DNA of 64,000 nt from Eledone cirrhosa (lineage: Eukaryota): contig OZ024743.1 of NCBI GenBank assembly GCA_964016885.1, forward strand, positions 156,984,001 to 157,048,000. The letters are read 5' to 3'. Below are positions 1 through 12,801 of the stretch, piece by piece. The position numbers and the translations under genes are program-made. The number at the start of each line of letters is the position of its first letter. The first letter of the stretch is position 1. The notes under the pieces were generated by a model that was not told the origin of the DNA, did not search any database, and was given only the letters and a program-made list of their open reading frames with translations.

Positions 1-272
1 CTTGCGCGCCAGGCCTGAACAAAGTCTGATACACCACCTTCGGTTCTATTCTCCTCTTGGAGTCAACTCACCTCCTCAATTTCTCTAATAACCCATCCAT
101 TATCTCACCCCTAGATTCCTATCCCTTCCTCTTGATCATTAGCAGCTTCTCTTACAACTAATATATACCGATATATTAACATACTATGGCTCATAGCTCC
201 GTACTTACATGCACACACACTCTTTTACTCACATATACACACACATTTCTTCTTAACATCGTACGGACCTAT

Positions 273-397
<125 letters not shown>

Positions 398-628
398 CAC
401 ATGCTTACCCACGGGCTCAAGTATAGCTCTTATTGCAAAACGTTTTTTTTCCATTTCAGATAGACATACCCCATCATCCACTTTTCTAAAAAACAAATTA
501 TACACAAAACGCCAACACCAACAGTTTGCAAGAGATGTCAACATGAATGGACCTGTTATTTTTATCTAAAGACATTTTTTCCAATTCCATCCCGCCCGTC
601 CCTTCAATCTATGTTATTTCTCATTCTT

Positions 629-664
629 TCTTCTGATGAAAGACTAGCGTTCGAAACGTTAAGA
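629..664 (+). ncRNA. Minimal type-I hammerhead ribozyme motif with degenerate stem II
   Basis: TCTT-CTGATGA-AAGACTAGCGTTC-GAAA-CG-TT-AAGA: both core boxes, 4-bp stem I TCTT/AAGA, palindromic ACGT in stem III. Confidence 0.55.
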
Positions 665-749
665 CCCTCTTCCTGCTATATTAAGCGTTAACCTAATATA
701 TACCTTTCATCTATTGTACCGATTGGGTTGTTATTTCTGTTTACCTTTT

Positions 750-798
<49 letters not shown>

Positions 799-799
<1 letters not shown>

Positions 800-1511
800 C
801 AACTAGAAATTGATTGACATATATATATATATTTAAAATGAACACATGAAACAATCACGGGATAATTTGTAAACTGTGTAATCACACACAGCTAGGTAGG
901 TAACTAATTAAAGTTTAACTAGAGCTTCAAATATTACCTTTTAAAAAAAGATTAATCCTCCTTGTATATATTTCATTAAAAAAATATATTTCACAAAAAA
1001 TCTGTAAAGTCACAGTAGTTAAATGTTAGATCATCAGCAAGGAGGAAGAAATAACTGTCTGTGTTTACACATCAAATGCAAATCTGCGAGTAACCCGTCG
1101 CACGTGCTGCAATTCTAAAACTACTAACAGCATGCTAGCGTCCTCCAAATGGCGTGAATTGGGTGGCGGACAGCTATAAATAGCAGCCAAGTCCTTTCAA
1201 CCGATTTAGCTCTACAATTAAGGGGCCGTTTATATATCCGAAATAAATTAAATTAAATTAAATTAAATTAAATTAAAGGAGACATGTGCAATTTACACTG
1301 TAGAATAAGCTCAAAGATTCCAATGAATAGATCCGAGCATTTTATATCAACTAGAAATTGATTGATATATACATATATATATTTAAAATAAACACATGAA
1401 ACATTCACAGGGGATAATTTGTAAAGTGTGTAATCACACACAGCTAGGTAGATAACTAATTAAAGTTTAACTAGAGCTTCAAATATTACCTTTTAAAAAA
1501 TGATTAATCCT
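799..1511 (-). mobile_element. ORF-less 1.3-mer repeat (monomer about 550 bp) carrying a hammerhead; retrozyme-like or solo pLTR
   Basis: About 160-bp direct repeats at 799-959 and 1347-1511, (TA)n on both flanks, HHR motif at 956-1046. Confidence 0.6.
956..1046 (-). ncRNA. Hammerhead-like motif with a long, poorly paired stem II
   Basis: Minus strand: TCCTCCTTG-CTGATGA-(long insert)-GAAA-TATA-TA-CAAGGAGGA, with a perfect 9-bp stem I. Confidence 0.55.
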
Positions 1512-1531
1512 ATATATATATATATATATAT

Positions 1532-2434
1532 ACTTCGTTTCTGAATTTGTTTAGCAAGATTTTTTATCTGAAAACGTGTGTTGAAATCGATATTGTTATA
1601 CTTTGGGAGGGTCATGTTGCCAATAACTAATACACACACCATGCTTTCAATTCAATTTATTATAAATTTCCGGTTGGTTGGTTGGTTCCACAACCGGATG
1701 GTTGTTCATATATTGTCAAAGTTATTTCGTCGCACATGATGCGACCTCTTCAGTGACTGGGGATGTTTTTCTTTGTTTTTTGCCTCTCCTTTGTTCTGTC
1801 TTAAGCCATCTTGTTTTTGTGTGTGTTTGCTTGCTTAGTTTGCGCATGTTACATGCGGGTGTATTTGTGTGTTTTTATTTGTTGAGTAAAACTTTAGGCA
1901 TTATTCGGCTGCGCTTACTAGCAACCAGCCAACTCGCCGACGGGGACCTGTCACAAACTTTCTGATTTGACCACTAGCCACGTGAAGATTCTTAGCCATT
2001 TTGAATTCGTTTCTGGCGGGGATCGTGTAAGAAAAATCTTTGTCCAATTGAGTTTATCTCCTGATGATTTCCAACCGCGTTGATTTATCCAAGATCGGAT
2101 ATATCCATAGAGGGAATGAAACCCCAGGGGTAGAGATATATTTTGATGATTTTGGTATGTTTATGTACATTGCTTCTTCCAACTTTGATTTTGTACCTAA
2201 TTACGTATGGTTAACTATATGTCTAGTCAATTTCTACAGGCTATTAGAAATACTGGGTAAATTTTCTGTGGCTGTGAATCGCGGATAAAAAGCTATACAA
2301 TTTATTTATCTATTATTTCTTCATAAGTATATTTTAAACTTAGCCTCGTTTAAATGATTTTTTGTGTAGTTTATTATGCTGATTGGGAGGAGAAATACTG
2401 TATATATTTTATCGAATGATTCTATGGACTTACT

Positions 2435-2465
<31 letters not shown>

Positions 2466-2520
2466 TGTTGAAATAATTTTGTTTCCATCATGTCGTCACA
2501 GCTCATGGTAAATAATGACA
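1532..2520 (-). mobile_element. Degenerate PLE 3' end
   Basis: The minus strand has a stop-ridden KSKLEEAMYI-like GIY-YIG tail followed by an HHR at 1715-1757, ending at (TA)n. Confidence 0.45.
1715..1757 (-). ncRNA. Minimal type-I hammerhead ribozyme
   Basis: GTCA-CTGAAGA-G-GTCGCA(TCATG)TGCGAC-GAAA-TAAC-TT-TGAC. Confidence 0.7.
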
Positions 2521-2805
2521 TGTGTCAAACGTGAAATGAGAACAATCTCATTGCGATACAGTCATGAAGCCACCATACTTAAAATAGAACGTATAAGCAC
2601 GAATGAGAAATTCAAGACATGATGTATGAAAACGTAAACAAGTTACGTTTCAACCTCTCGGACCGCAGGTATCTCGTTAGCGGTCATAATAAAGCGGTCA
2701 GAACAAGCAAACGAAAGTCCTAGTCCTTCTCCATAGAAGATGGAAACCAATAGGGATAACGTGCCCGTTCTCTGTAAAGATAGCCACTACAAATTTAACA
2801 ATGGC

Positions 2806-2926
2806 ATGCCTGATGAGATTTGTCCGTCGTGAGTTTTAACTTAGTAATCACAGTATTTTTCTGATGATATTTAGGAGTCTGTAAATACATTGTTAAAATT
2901 CCGGCGTGACAAAACTCATCAGGCGT
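2806..2926. repeat. Inverted repeat, MITE-like (arms about 35 bp)
   Basis: GCCTGATGAG.TTTGTC..GAGTTTTAAC pairs with GTTAAAATTC..GACAAA.CTCATCAGGC across a spacer of about 50 bp. Confidence 0.55.
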
Positions 2927-3009
2927 ATGTTTAATCTCTACTTCGTTATTACGTACACATTCTGCATCCGTCTACATCTCACTCAAGAGCTGCCGATTAA
3001 ATATTAGTC

Positions 3010-3340
3010 TATACTTAAAGTCTATGTGAAGGTGCTTGTTTATAAGGGGTACGAATTGTTTACCTAATTTGGATTTAACATTTGGCGACAACGGGCAGTA
3101 GAACCATATTATTAGTTTGTTTTTCTATTTTTCTCGCTAGTATTCGATAGTTGTTACTTAGGAGCATAAGATTTTTTTTCTTGAGGAACGGCAGTTGGCT
3201 AGAGCGGTGTTATATAAAAGGGACGCCCTATCGAAGGTGGTATTACGAGAAGAAAGGTTAGAGATTGTCTTTATCTTGCGTATGTTCTAAATTGTATTAA
3301 GGTGGCAGGGCTAGGTTCTGTATCTCAGTTTTACCTCTCT
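3010..3340 (-). mobile_element. PLE RT-thumb fragment
   Basis: Minus-strand KTISNLSSRNTTFDRASLLYNTALAN aligns with KIISNPSSNKNIFDSNANYYNNALSK of the 35-37 kb PLE. Confidence 0.6.
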
Positions 3341-3377
3341 TTAAGTAATGGATTGCATGTGCGGAGATGTAGGGTGA

Positions 3378-3420
<43 letters not shown>

Positions 3421-4552
3421 TAAAAAAATTTGTTCGTTTTGGAAGCCTCAACAATGCAGATGGGTAAATCTCCGGGTAACACAATCCCGTGGTGAAGAGA
3501 GTGATGTAAGAGGAAATGTAGAATGAGATGTATAGTGTGTAGAGGAACGTAGGAAAGAGAGTAAAAAATAAAAATAACACGAGATAGAGTTACCTTTGGG
3601 AGAGATTTAATTGTCCCTATATTTCGGATTTCGCATCCATCAACTGGGGTATTTTCCGAGGGGGAAAGTTATCTGTCGGAGAGGAGCGGTACGCGGACTC
3701 TGTTGTCCTCCGTTTGTGTGTAACTGAGATATTCTGTAGAGCGCATTATATGTATATATTACGAGGTGTGCTATCAATCGATTTATACGATAAAGATATA
3801 GGTTCAAGGTTCAAGAGATACACAAATGTATAATTATACACATATCTTATATGCTGTTATAATGTTATCATGCCAGAAAATAAAAAATTATCTAGAATTT
3901 GAAAAAAATGATAAACACCTTTTACTGAATTTCAAAAAAGTTGTACCTCATCCAAATAAGCACAAGAAAACAAGTATTTGTTGGGGTTATATACCCATTC
4001 TTTCTTAGTATTATTCTAAAATTGACGTACTAATTTGTATATAATTAGCCCTAGAGGCACACTCCCCTGACCATGAAAATGCCGAAGTACATGAAATACT
4101 TGACATCCCTTCGCTGTGCATCTCCAATACTTTTAACACTTTTAATGCTTGCACTATTTTTAATGCTTATAATATTTCTCCACACACAGACTATATCAAT
4201 CATATAAAGAATTTGCCACCAGATCTACCAACCTAACACTCTTGTTTACCTACCTAAGTGCCTCTACCACACATATCTCTCTGCCACACTATATAAACAA
4301 GATGCACATGCGTGCCACACATATAACATTTGCACTATATAACCGCTTATCTTCATGTTGTATTTTAACCTGTATTTTTGATTTTTGATTGTACCTCTTA
4401 ATATAAATGTAATCTCGAAGTGTGTACTGCCACTCTAAATTCTGTAATGAATGTTGACCCACAATGTTTGAATATGTATCAATGTTTTAATATGTATCGG
4501 TATGTCTCTCGGCTGAAAAGGAGGTCATATAACTGTCCATGCATTAATAAAT

Positions 4553-4599
4553 TGCTCCGAAGAATCCAAACCTCGGTTTGGAGGAAACAGCTGTAAGCA
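4553..4599 (+). ncRNA. Variant hammerhead (CCGAAGA core) in a PLE pLTR
   Basis: TGCT-CCGAAGA-A-TCCAAACC(TC)GGTTTGGA-G-GAAA-CAGCTG-TA-AGCA. Confidence 0.65.
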
Positions 4600-4689
4600 C
4601 AATAATGTTTTGAACAGTTCTTTGATTCTTATATTTCATATATTTCATATATATATATATATGCCTGTATATATATATAGAGAGAGATT

Positions 4690-6590
4690 ACATGAATCAA
4701 AGTTCAGTTTAAATCATTTATTTGCTTACAATTGTTTCCTCCAAACCGAGGTTTGGATTCTTTGGAGCAATTATTTAGTGATTTTTTACATACTTGACCT
4801 CCTTTTCAACACAAGAGATATATAGTAACATATGTATATATTGACCCACAGTGGGTTGACATCCATCATAATAATATAGCATGGCAATTTACATACAAAG
4901 ATTACAGTCATATTAAAGGACAAAATTAAAGTTAAAATTAAAATTAAAATTAAAATTAAAATTAAAATTAAAATAAAACATTGACAGTTGATGAAAATAA
5001 AGCAAGAGGAAAGTTTGGAGTAGCCAGTGTATGTAACAGTCTCACGTGTGGCATGCACGCGTGTCCTATTTATACAAGATTATAGTGCGGCAGATTGTTA
5101 CATGTAAAACAAGCAGTCAAAGCAGGCAATCAATAGCATCATGGGGGCTGTACTGTTAAAGCATTTTTCACACACACACCTGTACAATATAGAAGCCCGT
5201 GTGTAAAGAAACACCAAAAATATCAAAAATATCAAAAATATTACAAATGAGAAGCAAAACAGCCACAGTCCTCGCACACACCACCACTCTCACAATCCAG
5301 GAAACGCAATATATAGACTACATGTCCATCACACAATCCACGATGATTCAACATTGGGTGCCTGGTGAACTATGTTATAAATCATAGCTTGTCGTTCTCT
5401 ATTCGATTCTATAGAGCAGGTTGTTTTTGTTGTGAGAGTTGACATCGTATTGTATCCCGGAAGTGTGTGTGATTAAGGGGAGTTAATGCGTAAGGGGAGG
5501 TAACTAGCTGATTTCCATAGTTAAATTTATTATCCTAAAGTACATTAATGGTGTTTCAAATGAGTCCCTATCATATAAGGTTATAAACAATTTCTAAATT
5601 TAAGTATCTTATCTATAAATTACAGTGTAGTCTATTAAGAAGTACTAAAGGTGTTCATATTAGGATGATTACCTTATATCATGGAGTGCCACAACCGAAC
5701 ATTCTACATGAAGAGTCAGACCTCCAAATCAATGATCTTTGTAAGTCTAGTCTACCCGCAGTACCTGGCAAGGTCTTATTACTATATATGACTCCTGGTA
5801 AGCTCTGGGTCATTGTATGTCTGAATGCATGGCACAGTTAAATATCACCAGGGTGGACCAGAGATCAATTCTCTCATACAAAGAGACTAATCTGACCATC
5901 AAGCCATACATATACCTATAACTCATATATCACCTGTACATAATTCATTGCACTCAGCATATAGATTATATAGCTCTTTTAATAAATTTATTACTTAATC
6001 TTCTATTTATCCAATGGTGGCACTCCATGCACAGGACAATGTTAGCACAACCAATTCAGTGCTTGCAGTTTACATTAATTATATATTGGTGCAATGTAGT
6101 CCAAGTAATTTAAGGCCAATATACCAAAAGTAGAATTACATGGGGATATCTCTAGGGTAAAAGGTACTATTAGGGTGTCACTATTTGCGTTAAAGTGGAT
6201 TAATGGGTGTGGAGATGAGGTGTAAGGCGTGCCCCTGATGTTAGTTGCTAGAGGTGGTGACGGCTTCAAGTCTGACATTGTTATATATTGGGTTTAAAGT
6301 TTTGGAAGGAGTGTCGGAAGCGGTGTTGGCAAGACGCGAACACTTCTGATTTTTTTTATTAAGGAGGTTATAGTTTGAGAAGATGATAGTATGGGTCTCT
6401 AGTAGACAGAGGTTACCAAATTTATTAGGTGGTTTGTACGATGTCGCATTACCTATCACTTCCCATTTAAGTGTATATGATTTATTTTTAGTTTTTAGAT
6501 AGTGTATGTAGCTAGATATTGAAGTGGAGTTGGCTAGACTGTGTTTTTTGAAAGAGTGGAGGTCCGAATTGTATCTAGTTTTGTATCTAT
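4690..6590 (-). mobile_element. PLE 3' part (GIY-YIG C-terminus, long 3' UTR, variant HHR), tail-to-tail with a related + strand pLTR at about 4250-4610
   Basis: ORF 6241-6774(-) contains YKTRYNSDLHSFK..STSISSYIHYLK..YTLKWEVI..NLCLLE. The region 4710-5110 is an inverted, diverged copy of 4250-4610. Confidence 0.7.
4722..4770 (-). ncRNA. Variant hammerhead (CCAAAGA; G5 mutated, probably inactive)
   Basis: TTGCT-CCAAAGA-A-TCCAAACC(TC)GGTTTGGA-G-GAAA-CAATTG-TA-AGCAA. Confidence 0.6.
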
Positions 6591-7644
6591 ATATATATAG
6601 AGAGAGAGAAAGAGAGAGAGAGAGAGTGTTTATGTCTCTATCTATGTATTTACCTGTGTAAACACCACCATCCCACACACATACAAATATAAACATATGT
6701 ATATATATAAATAAATACAATATCGGAGAAAGCTTTTTAGCGATACTCCGGCCAAATTCCAACTCAACAAACATTAGGAAATAAGTGATTATATTCCTAA
6801 TTATGTGTTCGGGGTGCTAACTAAAAGTATTGCGTGGAAAATTGGCTGTATTATTTCATATGAGACATATCGAATATATCTCTTCCCAGACGGACAATGT
6901 AGAAAAGGCGTCTACAGGACTAGAACTGTTTCATTGGGGAGAAATCATCAGGAAGCGTTGTATTGAGTACCTTACTTACTCGGGTTACCCCCGATTGAAC
7001 CCGGTAGAAACTTATCTTATATATATATATAATGAAAATAAGCCTGAACGTCGAAAGTTTTCCAAACATTTCAAGTTATATAAGGAAAATAATAAAGAAA
7101 AAGGAGTTGAAAAGCACACCTAGTATATATATAAAGGATCCTTATAATATTGATGTTAAAAATTGATATTTAGCAAAGCCTGCTTTTTCCGAATTGGATT
7201 GTCAACACATTTGTTATTAGATTAAATTTGTATTTAGCTCGTTAAAACTCCTCCATGCCGATTTTCGACTACATTGCTTTGGTCACATCTGTCCTTGCTA
7301 AAGAAAAGGATAAAACTGATTTGTTCGTTGCCTCTTGTGTGTATGAAAATTATAATCTGTGACAAGGGGCGTAACAATATATTTATTTTGTGTTGAGACA
7401 TTATGTTGCGAGTGAGTTCAATCTAGTATAGACTATGGACTGTCATTCTGTGTCGGTGTGTCAACCCCGTCTCTCCTATATGATCTTTGTGGCAACCTCG
7501 GCAGGCTATGTCACATAATCCTGCCTAGATATTTCCTGGTACCACACAAACAAGCACCCCCCCTACCCACACACACACACACACATACCAGACCACCAAC
7601 ATTTATATTTTCCTTCGTGCAATACTTGCTTGCATATACATACA

Positions 7645-7678
<34 letters not shown>

Positions 7679-7803
7679 ACATGTAAAGTGTTCCGAATGT
7701 TAAATATAATATTCGATTCGTTTGCAATTATGCAAACAGCCTCTTTAAGCATGTGAGTAGAATGACCTCATCATCTTTGCTTTTGTGTTGGCATATACAC
7801 AGA

Positions 7804-7850
7804 ACGGCAGATAGTAATGTTTCTGGGTGATTATCCTTCATCAGCACCGT
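7804..7850 (-). ncRNA. Degenerate minimal hammerhead
   Basis: ACGGTG-CTGATGA-AGGATAATCACCCA-GAAA-CATTACTA-TC-TGCCGT. Confidence 0.55.
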
Positions 7851-8106
7851 ATACTGCTTACCTACCAAATGTCAGAGCTAGTAAAAATGCATGATATTTT
7901 CTGGAACATACAATGACTGATCAGCTTGATTTGCATATTAGAAAACTGCCTGATCAGCTAGATTTGCATATCAGCAGATAGGCCACTTAGTTTCGAAATA
8001 TACGAGCGATTAATGGCCGGCTTTGCCATTGTCAAATAATTAACAAATAGTTTTATCGCTCTACAAGGCTGAATACAAGAAATGTAAATCTGAGTTTTTC
8101 GAATAT

Positions 8107-8292
8107 TAATAATTGCTTTTACTTTTGGCACAAGGCCAGAAATCACTCAGTACATTACTGGTACTTTATTTTATCGAACCCATAAGGATGAAGGGCAAAG
8201 TTAATCTCGGTGGGTTTTGAACTCAGGCTGTAAAGGGTCGTAACTATGCTGGAAAGCATGGCGTCCGACCCACGACCGATACTGCAAATTCA
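8107..8292 (-). mobile_element. tRNA-derived SINE
   Basis: Matches the other SINE copies: A-box-like GCAGTATCGG, B box GAGTTCAAA, TTTGCCYTTCATCC..CGATAAAATAAAGTACC core, ATT tail. Confidence 0.9.
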
Positions 8293-8401
8293 ATAATAAT
8301 ATTCGATTCATTTGCAATTATGCCAATAGGCACTTTAAGCCATATGAGTAGAAACATATCTTATGAATTCTCGAAGTGCTGCAGGATGTAAACGTTGAAA
8401 T

Positions 8402-8626
8402 TATGGGATTCCAAAATACAGAAAATAACTGTAACACTATTCGATCCCTATCAGTAATAGCTTACTAAATGGACAACGCTATTCGAGAGATATGGAATTC
8501 GATTTTGTGTATCGGCTGCTGTACACTTTTTCCCGATTATAGTAATTTAATTGATTTTAAAAGCGATTATTTATATCGATCGGATGCTGTTACAGTTATT
8601 TTTTGCACTTAGGAGGGATCACCATA
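8402..8626. repeat. Inverted repeat, MITE-like
   Basis: AAAATAACTGTAACA..TCGATC pairs with GATCGG..TGTTACAGTTATTTT; weaker complementarity extends outward. Confidence 0.5.
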
Positions 8627-9245
8627 TTTTAAAATCTATATACAATTTAAAATATAAAGTAAATCGTTATTAAACATGGATAATAGATTTAATGTGAAAT
8701 TATAGAAAGTGCGTCACCACATGTTTGTTTGACAGGGACAAGAATCATGTTGAATAATTTCTGGTTTTGTTAAAACATTTTCAAATAAATATTACCTGTT
8801 CTATGACATTGTTTGCCCACAGTCCATTTATATCTTTTCATAGTATATACACATTTGGATAAAAATAAATTAGTCGTTGGATTATTATAATATTGTAGAT
8901 TGTTGTAACATTAATAAATAAAGTCAATATTACTGCTGTACATAGCGTTTGTAGGTCACTTGAAATGTAAGGTAACCATTGAATAATTATTTTTAAAAAT
9001 ACATTAAGAGTGTAGTCTGAATTGTTCGTGGGCGACATAGTTTTCGATCAAGTAGTTTCTTGATCGAAAAAATATAACCCGTTTTCTCCGATCAGGAATA
9101 ATAATATTTAGCTATTTATGGTGCATAGAAACCCAAACAGATCTAAGCTATTTCTATCTCATTTGCATAACAGTTCAGTTTAGGCGCTGACAATTAAAAG
9201 ATGAATTATACTGAAAAGACACCCTGTAGGGCAGTATTGATTAAG

Positions 9246-9287
<42 letters not shown>

Positions 9288-9472
9288 CGTGCGTGCGTGT
9301 GTATAGGGGAGAGTTGAATATTTAGGTCTATATAGAGTTGCCTACATAAGTAGTCTAGCCATAATGTTGAGGATGATATTGATAAAACTACAATTAAGTT
9401 AAGTTAGGTCTGATTGATAGTGTTTATTTTAGAAGTACATACACCAAGCATGCACGCAAGCCCGCACACACG

Positions 9473-9511
<39 letters not shown>

Positions 9512-9614
9512 ACACAAACATACACACACACACACCCACTCACACACACCGCACACACGCACATATATATATATATCCTTGCATTACTGACGGGCGTGAG
9601 AATGAATAATTAAT

Positions 9615-9655
<41 letters not shown>

Positions 9656-10649
9656 CAGAGGCCTGTATATGTTTATATAGTATAGCCGAAAACTTTGGAG
9701 TGCTTAATAATTAAGGCCTGTTCAAAAGTGTTCTTTAAACCGTATCAGAATATTTTTTTCTTTCCTTGTTTATGTTTTCCTGAGTTTCAAAACCTGTTAT
9801 CTTTCTGGGATACAATCCGTTAGACAAAACTTGAATTAAATAAATGCAAATAACAATATAAGGATATTTTGGAAGGAGAGCGATATAAAACGAGAGTTGC
9901 TATAACGCGATTGTTGCTTAATGAATAATTCTCGTGTCACTATGCGACATGCCGGAAACATATGAGCTGTTAGTTCAGTTCCTTAATTACGAAAGTCAGA
10001 AATATGTTATTGGCATTAGTGCGGATGAGATTATAGGGATGACACCCACAAAATGTCAAATATTTTATATAAGGCTTCGTCAATTCCCTGAAAATACGAA
10101 TAATTATAATATTAAATAAACATTCGAGATGCGTTTTAACAGTAGAAGCGAAACTTACAATAGTTAAATTACTCGATGTTACGCTTGAGCTAACTCAGCT
10201 GTTTCAGGGGCAGACCAAACACGCAGCGGCAACTAAACGTATATTAATCCTAATTCTACGATAAAATAAATCATATCAATCACGTTTCAATATACATCAC
10301 CACCATGTTCATTGTATCGTTCTCTTACGATGTCACCTTCAACAAGCTGTTGAGTACACTATCGAGACACTATCAGTTATCCAATACAAACGAATTAATT
10401 AAATAACATATAGTAATAACCTTATGTGACTGGAAAAAACAACTATTATATAATACTAGACTACCCGTGACCAGATGTGTGACATTCACTTCAAAATATT
10501 TTTTAAAAGTCATGTTCACTTAAAAATAATTTTTAGATAATTAAAATATACACAGACATGTGTATAGTGTGAAATGAAACTGGAAGATCCATATATATAT
10601 ATATATATATATATATACTTATATGTATATATATATAAATATGTGTGTG

Positions 10650-10692
<43 letters not shown>

Positions 10693-11199
10693 AAGTGTGT
10701 ATGTGTGTGTGTGTGTATGTGTGTGCATTTATATATGTGGGTGTCTGTGATCTATATACACTGGTCATAGACACATACACACATATATACATACACATGT
10801 ATATATATATATAAACACACACTAACATATATACATATACACAACAACACCAACAGCTCTCTCTCTCTCTCCCTCTTCCAATATCCTTCTATGTCTCCTC
10901 TCCCTCTTTGTCTCTCTCTTTCAATCTACTCTCTCACAACCACTATCTCTCTCTCTCTGTCTCTCTCTCTCGCTATCTATCTATCTGTTTATGAAGGTAC
11001 CCGGAAAAACCCCATATCGGGGGAACACGTGCTCCGATTACGCGAAACTTGTTTCATTCCGTTTGTATCCCCATTTCAGGGGCAACTTCCTTTCAAAGTA
11101 TTTTCCCATTATGTGCCCTTTTGGCTGTATTACATTACAGACAAGCAAGTAAGCAAGCAATCACAGAGTTTTAGTAGTATAAAATGCTAGTATACAGCA

Positions 11200-11670
11200 T
11201 TGGCATGAAATCTACTGTTCGGGATATTTCCTGTCTTTAATAAGCAAACATTTCCCGAAATGTCATAAATTCTCCAAACTATTTCTATTGAAATGAATCA
11301 CAGATGGTATGGAAATATTTCTAATGCCATCAACCGCTAAAATTATAAAGGTTTAGAACAAATGAACCCAACATGCAATTGCCGAAACATAACATTTTGC
11401 CATTTAAAATGAAATTATCAAGCGAAAGCCATTTTAAGAACGACTGCATACTCTCCCATTAACACTCAAACAAGAATTCGTTTAATTATCTTTAACATAT
11501 CAAACAACACAGTACAGTAAGATCACATTGGATATCGAGTGACAGAAAAGGGACGGTAAGCGCATTATAGGCAATTTTATCAATGCACAGGCATTTAGGA
11601 ACAGACATAAGTCATGCTACTTTACTTCTGCCATTGCCTTATAAATGTAATATACAGAATCTTGAAATAT
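11200..11670 (+). mobile_element. Highly degenerate PLE linker/GIY-YIG fragment
   Basis: CNCRNITFCHL zinc-finger-like stretch, and LNKQTFP..HKFSKLF similar to the other PLE ORFs. Confidence 0.45.
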
Positions 11671-11689
11671 ATTGTGGATCTGTATCCCC

Positions 11690-12010
11690 AAGCAAGAACA
11701 GCCCAGCTCACGGATGTTATCCAACCATCTTGCTACGGTCTACCACTGGGTCTCCTCTTTGTTGATTTTGCTCATAACATCTGCCCAGCGACTCTTTTCT
11801 GGGACATTCTACCCACATCTCCATAGTAACGGAGTTGTGATCTCTTAATTAGGAGAAGTAGCGGCTCTAACTGGAGCGACTTCCTGTCTCCGAGTTACGC
11901 ACTCTATCTAGTATCATTACTCCAAAAACCCTTCGGAACTCCATTTAGACCGCTTGTATTCGTGATAGTATTATTTCGGTGATTACCCAAGATTCCTGAT
12001 CATAGGTAAA
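11690..12010 (-). mobile_element. RTE-like LINE 3' fragment
   Basis: The minus strand gives an RRPSGRP..W-like RTE C-terminal motif; degenerate. Confidence 0.4.
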
Positions 12011-12090
12011 GGTTGGCACACGTTGACAAATTACATGTACCCAGCCATTCTTGTAAATACGTGCACATTGATATTATAAATTAATAAAGT

Positions 12091-12282
12091 GCGGTGGATT
12101 GGCAGTATCGTTAGAAGGTCGGACGCCATGCTTTGCAACATGGAGTTACGGGCCTTTACAATCTGTGTTCAAATCCTGCCGAGGTTAACTTTGCCTTTCC
12201 TGCTTACGGCGTCGATAAAATAAAGTACCAGTAATGCACTGGGATAATTGTAAGCCTTGTGCCAAAAGTAGAATCTATTATA
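12091..12282 (+). mobile_element. tRNA-derived SINE
   Basis: TGGCAGTATCG A box, GTTCAAATCC B box, shared core and tail. Confidence 0.9.
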
Positions 12283-12508
12283 AATTAATATAATATTGTT
12301 CGTTTCTTTATTTAATAATATATTACTTTGGACGCAATATACTTATTTCACAGAACCACTAGATGTATTCCAAATTCTAATCCAATATTTTTGTCAGACA
12401 ACAATAGATTTCCTACAAAACCTGAATTTAGACTAAAATATTGAGTGTTATCCAGGCAGACTAATATCATTGAAGAACTTTCATTTTTCTACTCTCTTTC
12501 TCTCTCAC

Positions 12509-12553
<45 letters not shown>

Positions 12554-12801
12554 ATATGTATACATAACATAAATCTAGCTGTCGTCTGTTCTACAGTGTG
12601 GATGTCATTCACTTCGCACAGAAGTTTTGTTCAAATTTATTGAGGAAATTTTGTGAGTTCAAACTTAATTTTGATACAATTGTGTAGCTTGACCCTCCGT
12701 CTGAACTGTCAGGCGGTGGGTCAGCTCATCTTTACCCCTCCTAGAGGTGAAAAACCCGTTTTAAAAAATTTTGTGTAAAAAATTTCAATCGTCTAACAGA
12801 A

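Larger units (their letters stand above)
7708..8353 (-). mobile_element. ORF-less HHR repeat (monomer about 400 bp plus a partial second unit) interrupted by a SINE
   Basis: 7708-7762 is repeated at 8296-8353. HHR at 7804-7850; two ATTTGCAT octamers at 7929-7936 and 7962-7969. Confidence 0.55.

Noticed and set aside
2808-2924. CTGATGAG motifs as hammerheads
   Set aside because: No correctly placed GAAA; they are the arms of an inverted repeat.
6915-6958. CTGATGA..GAAA on the minus strand
   Set aside because: No closing stem I and only a 2-bp stem II.
9041-9070. Perfect 12-bp hairpin TTTTCGATCAAG/CTTGATCGAAAA
   Set aside because: Followed by GAAA but lacks CTGANGA; no function assignable.
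12091-12190. tRNA genes at the A/B-box sequences
   Set aside because: These are SINE heads that continue into the shared core and tail; no cloverleaf.
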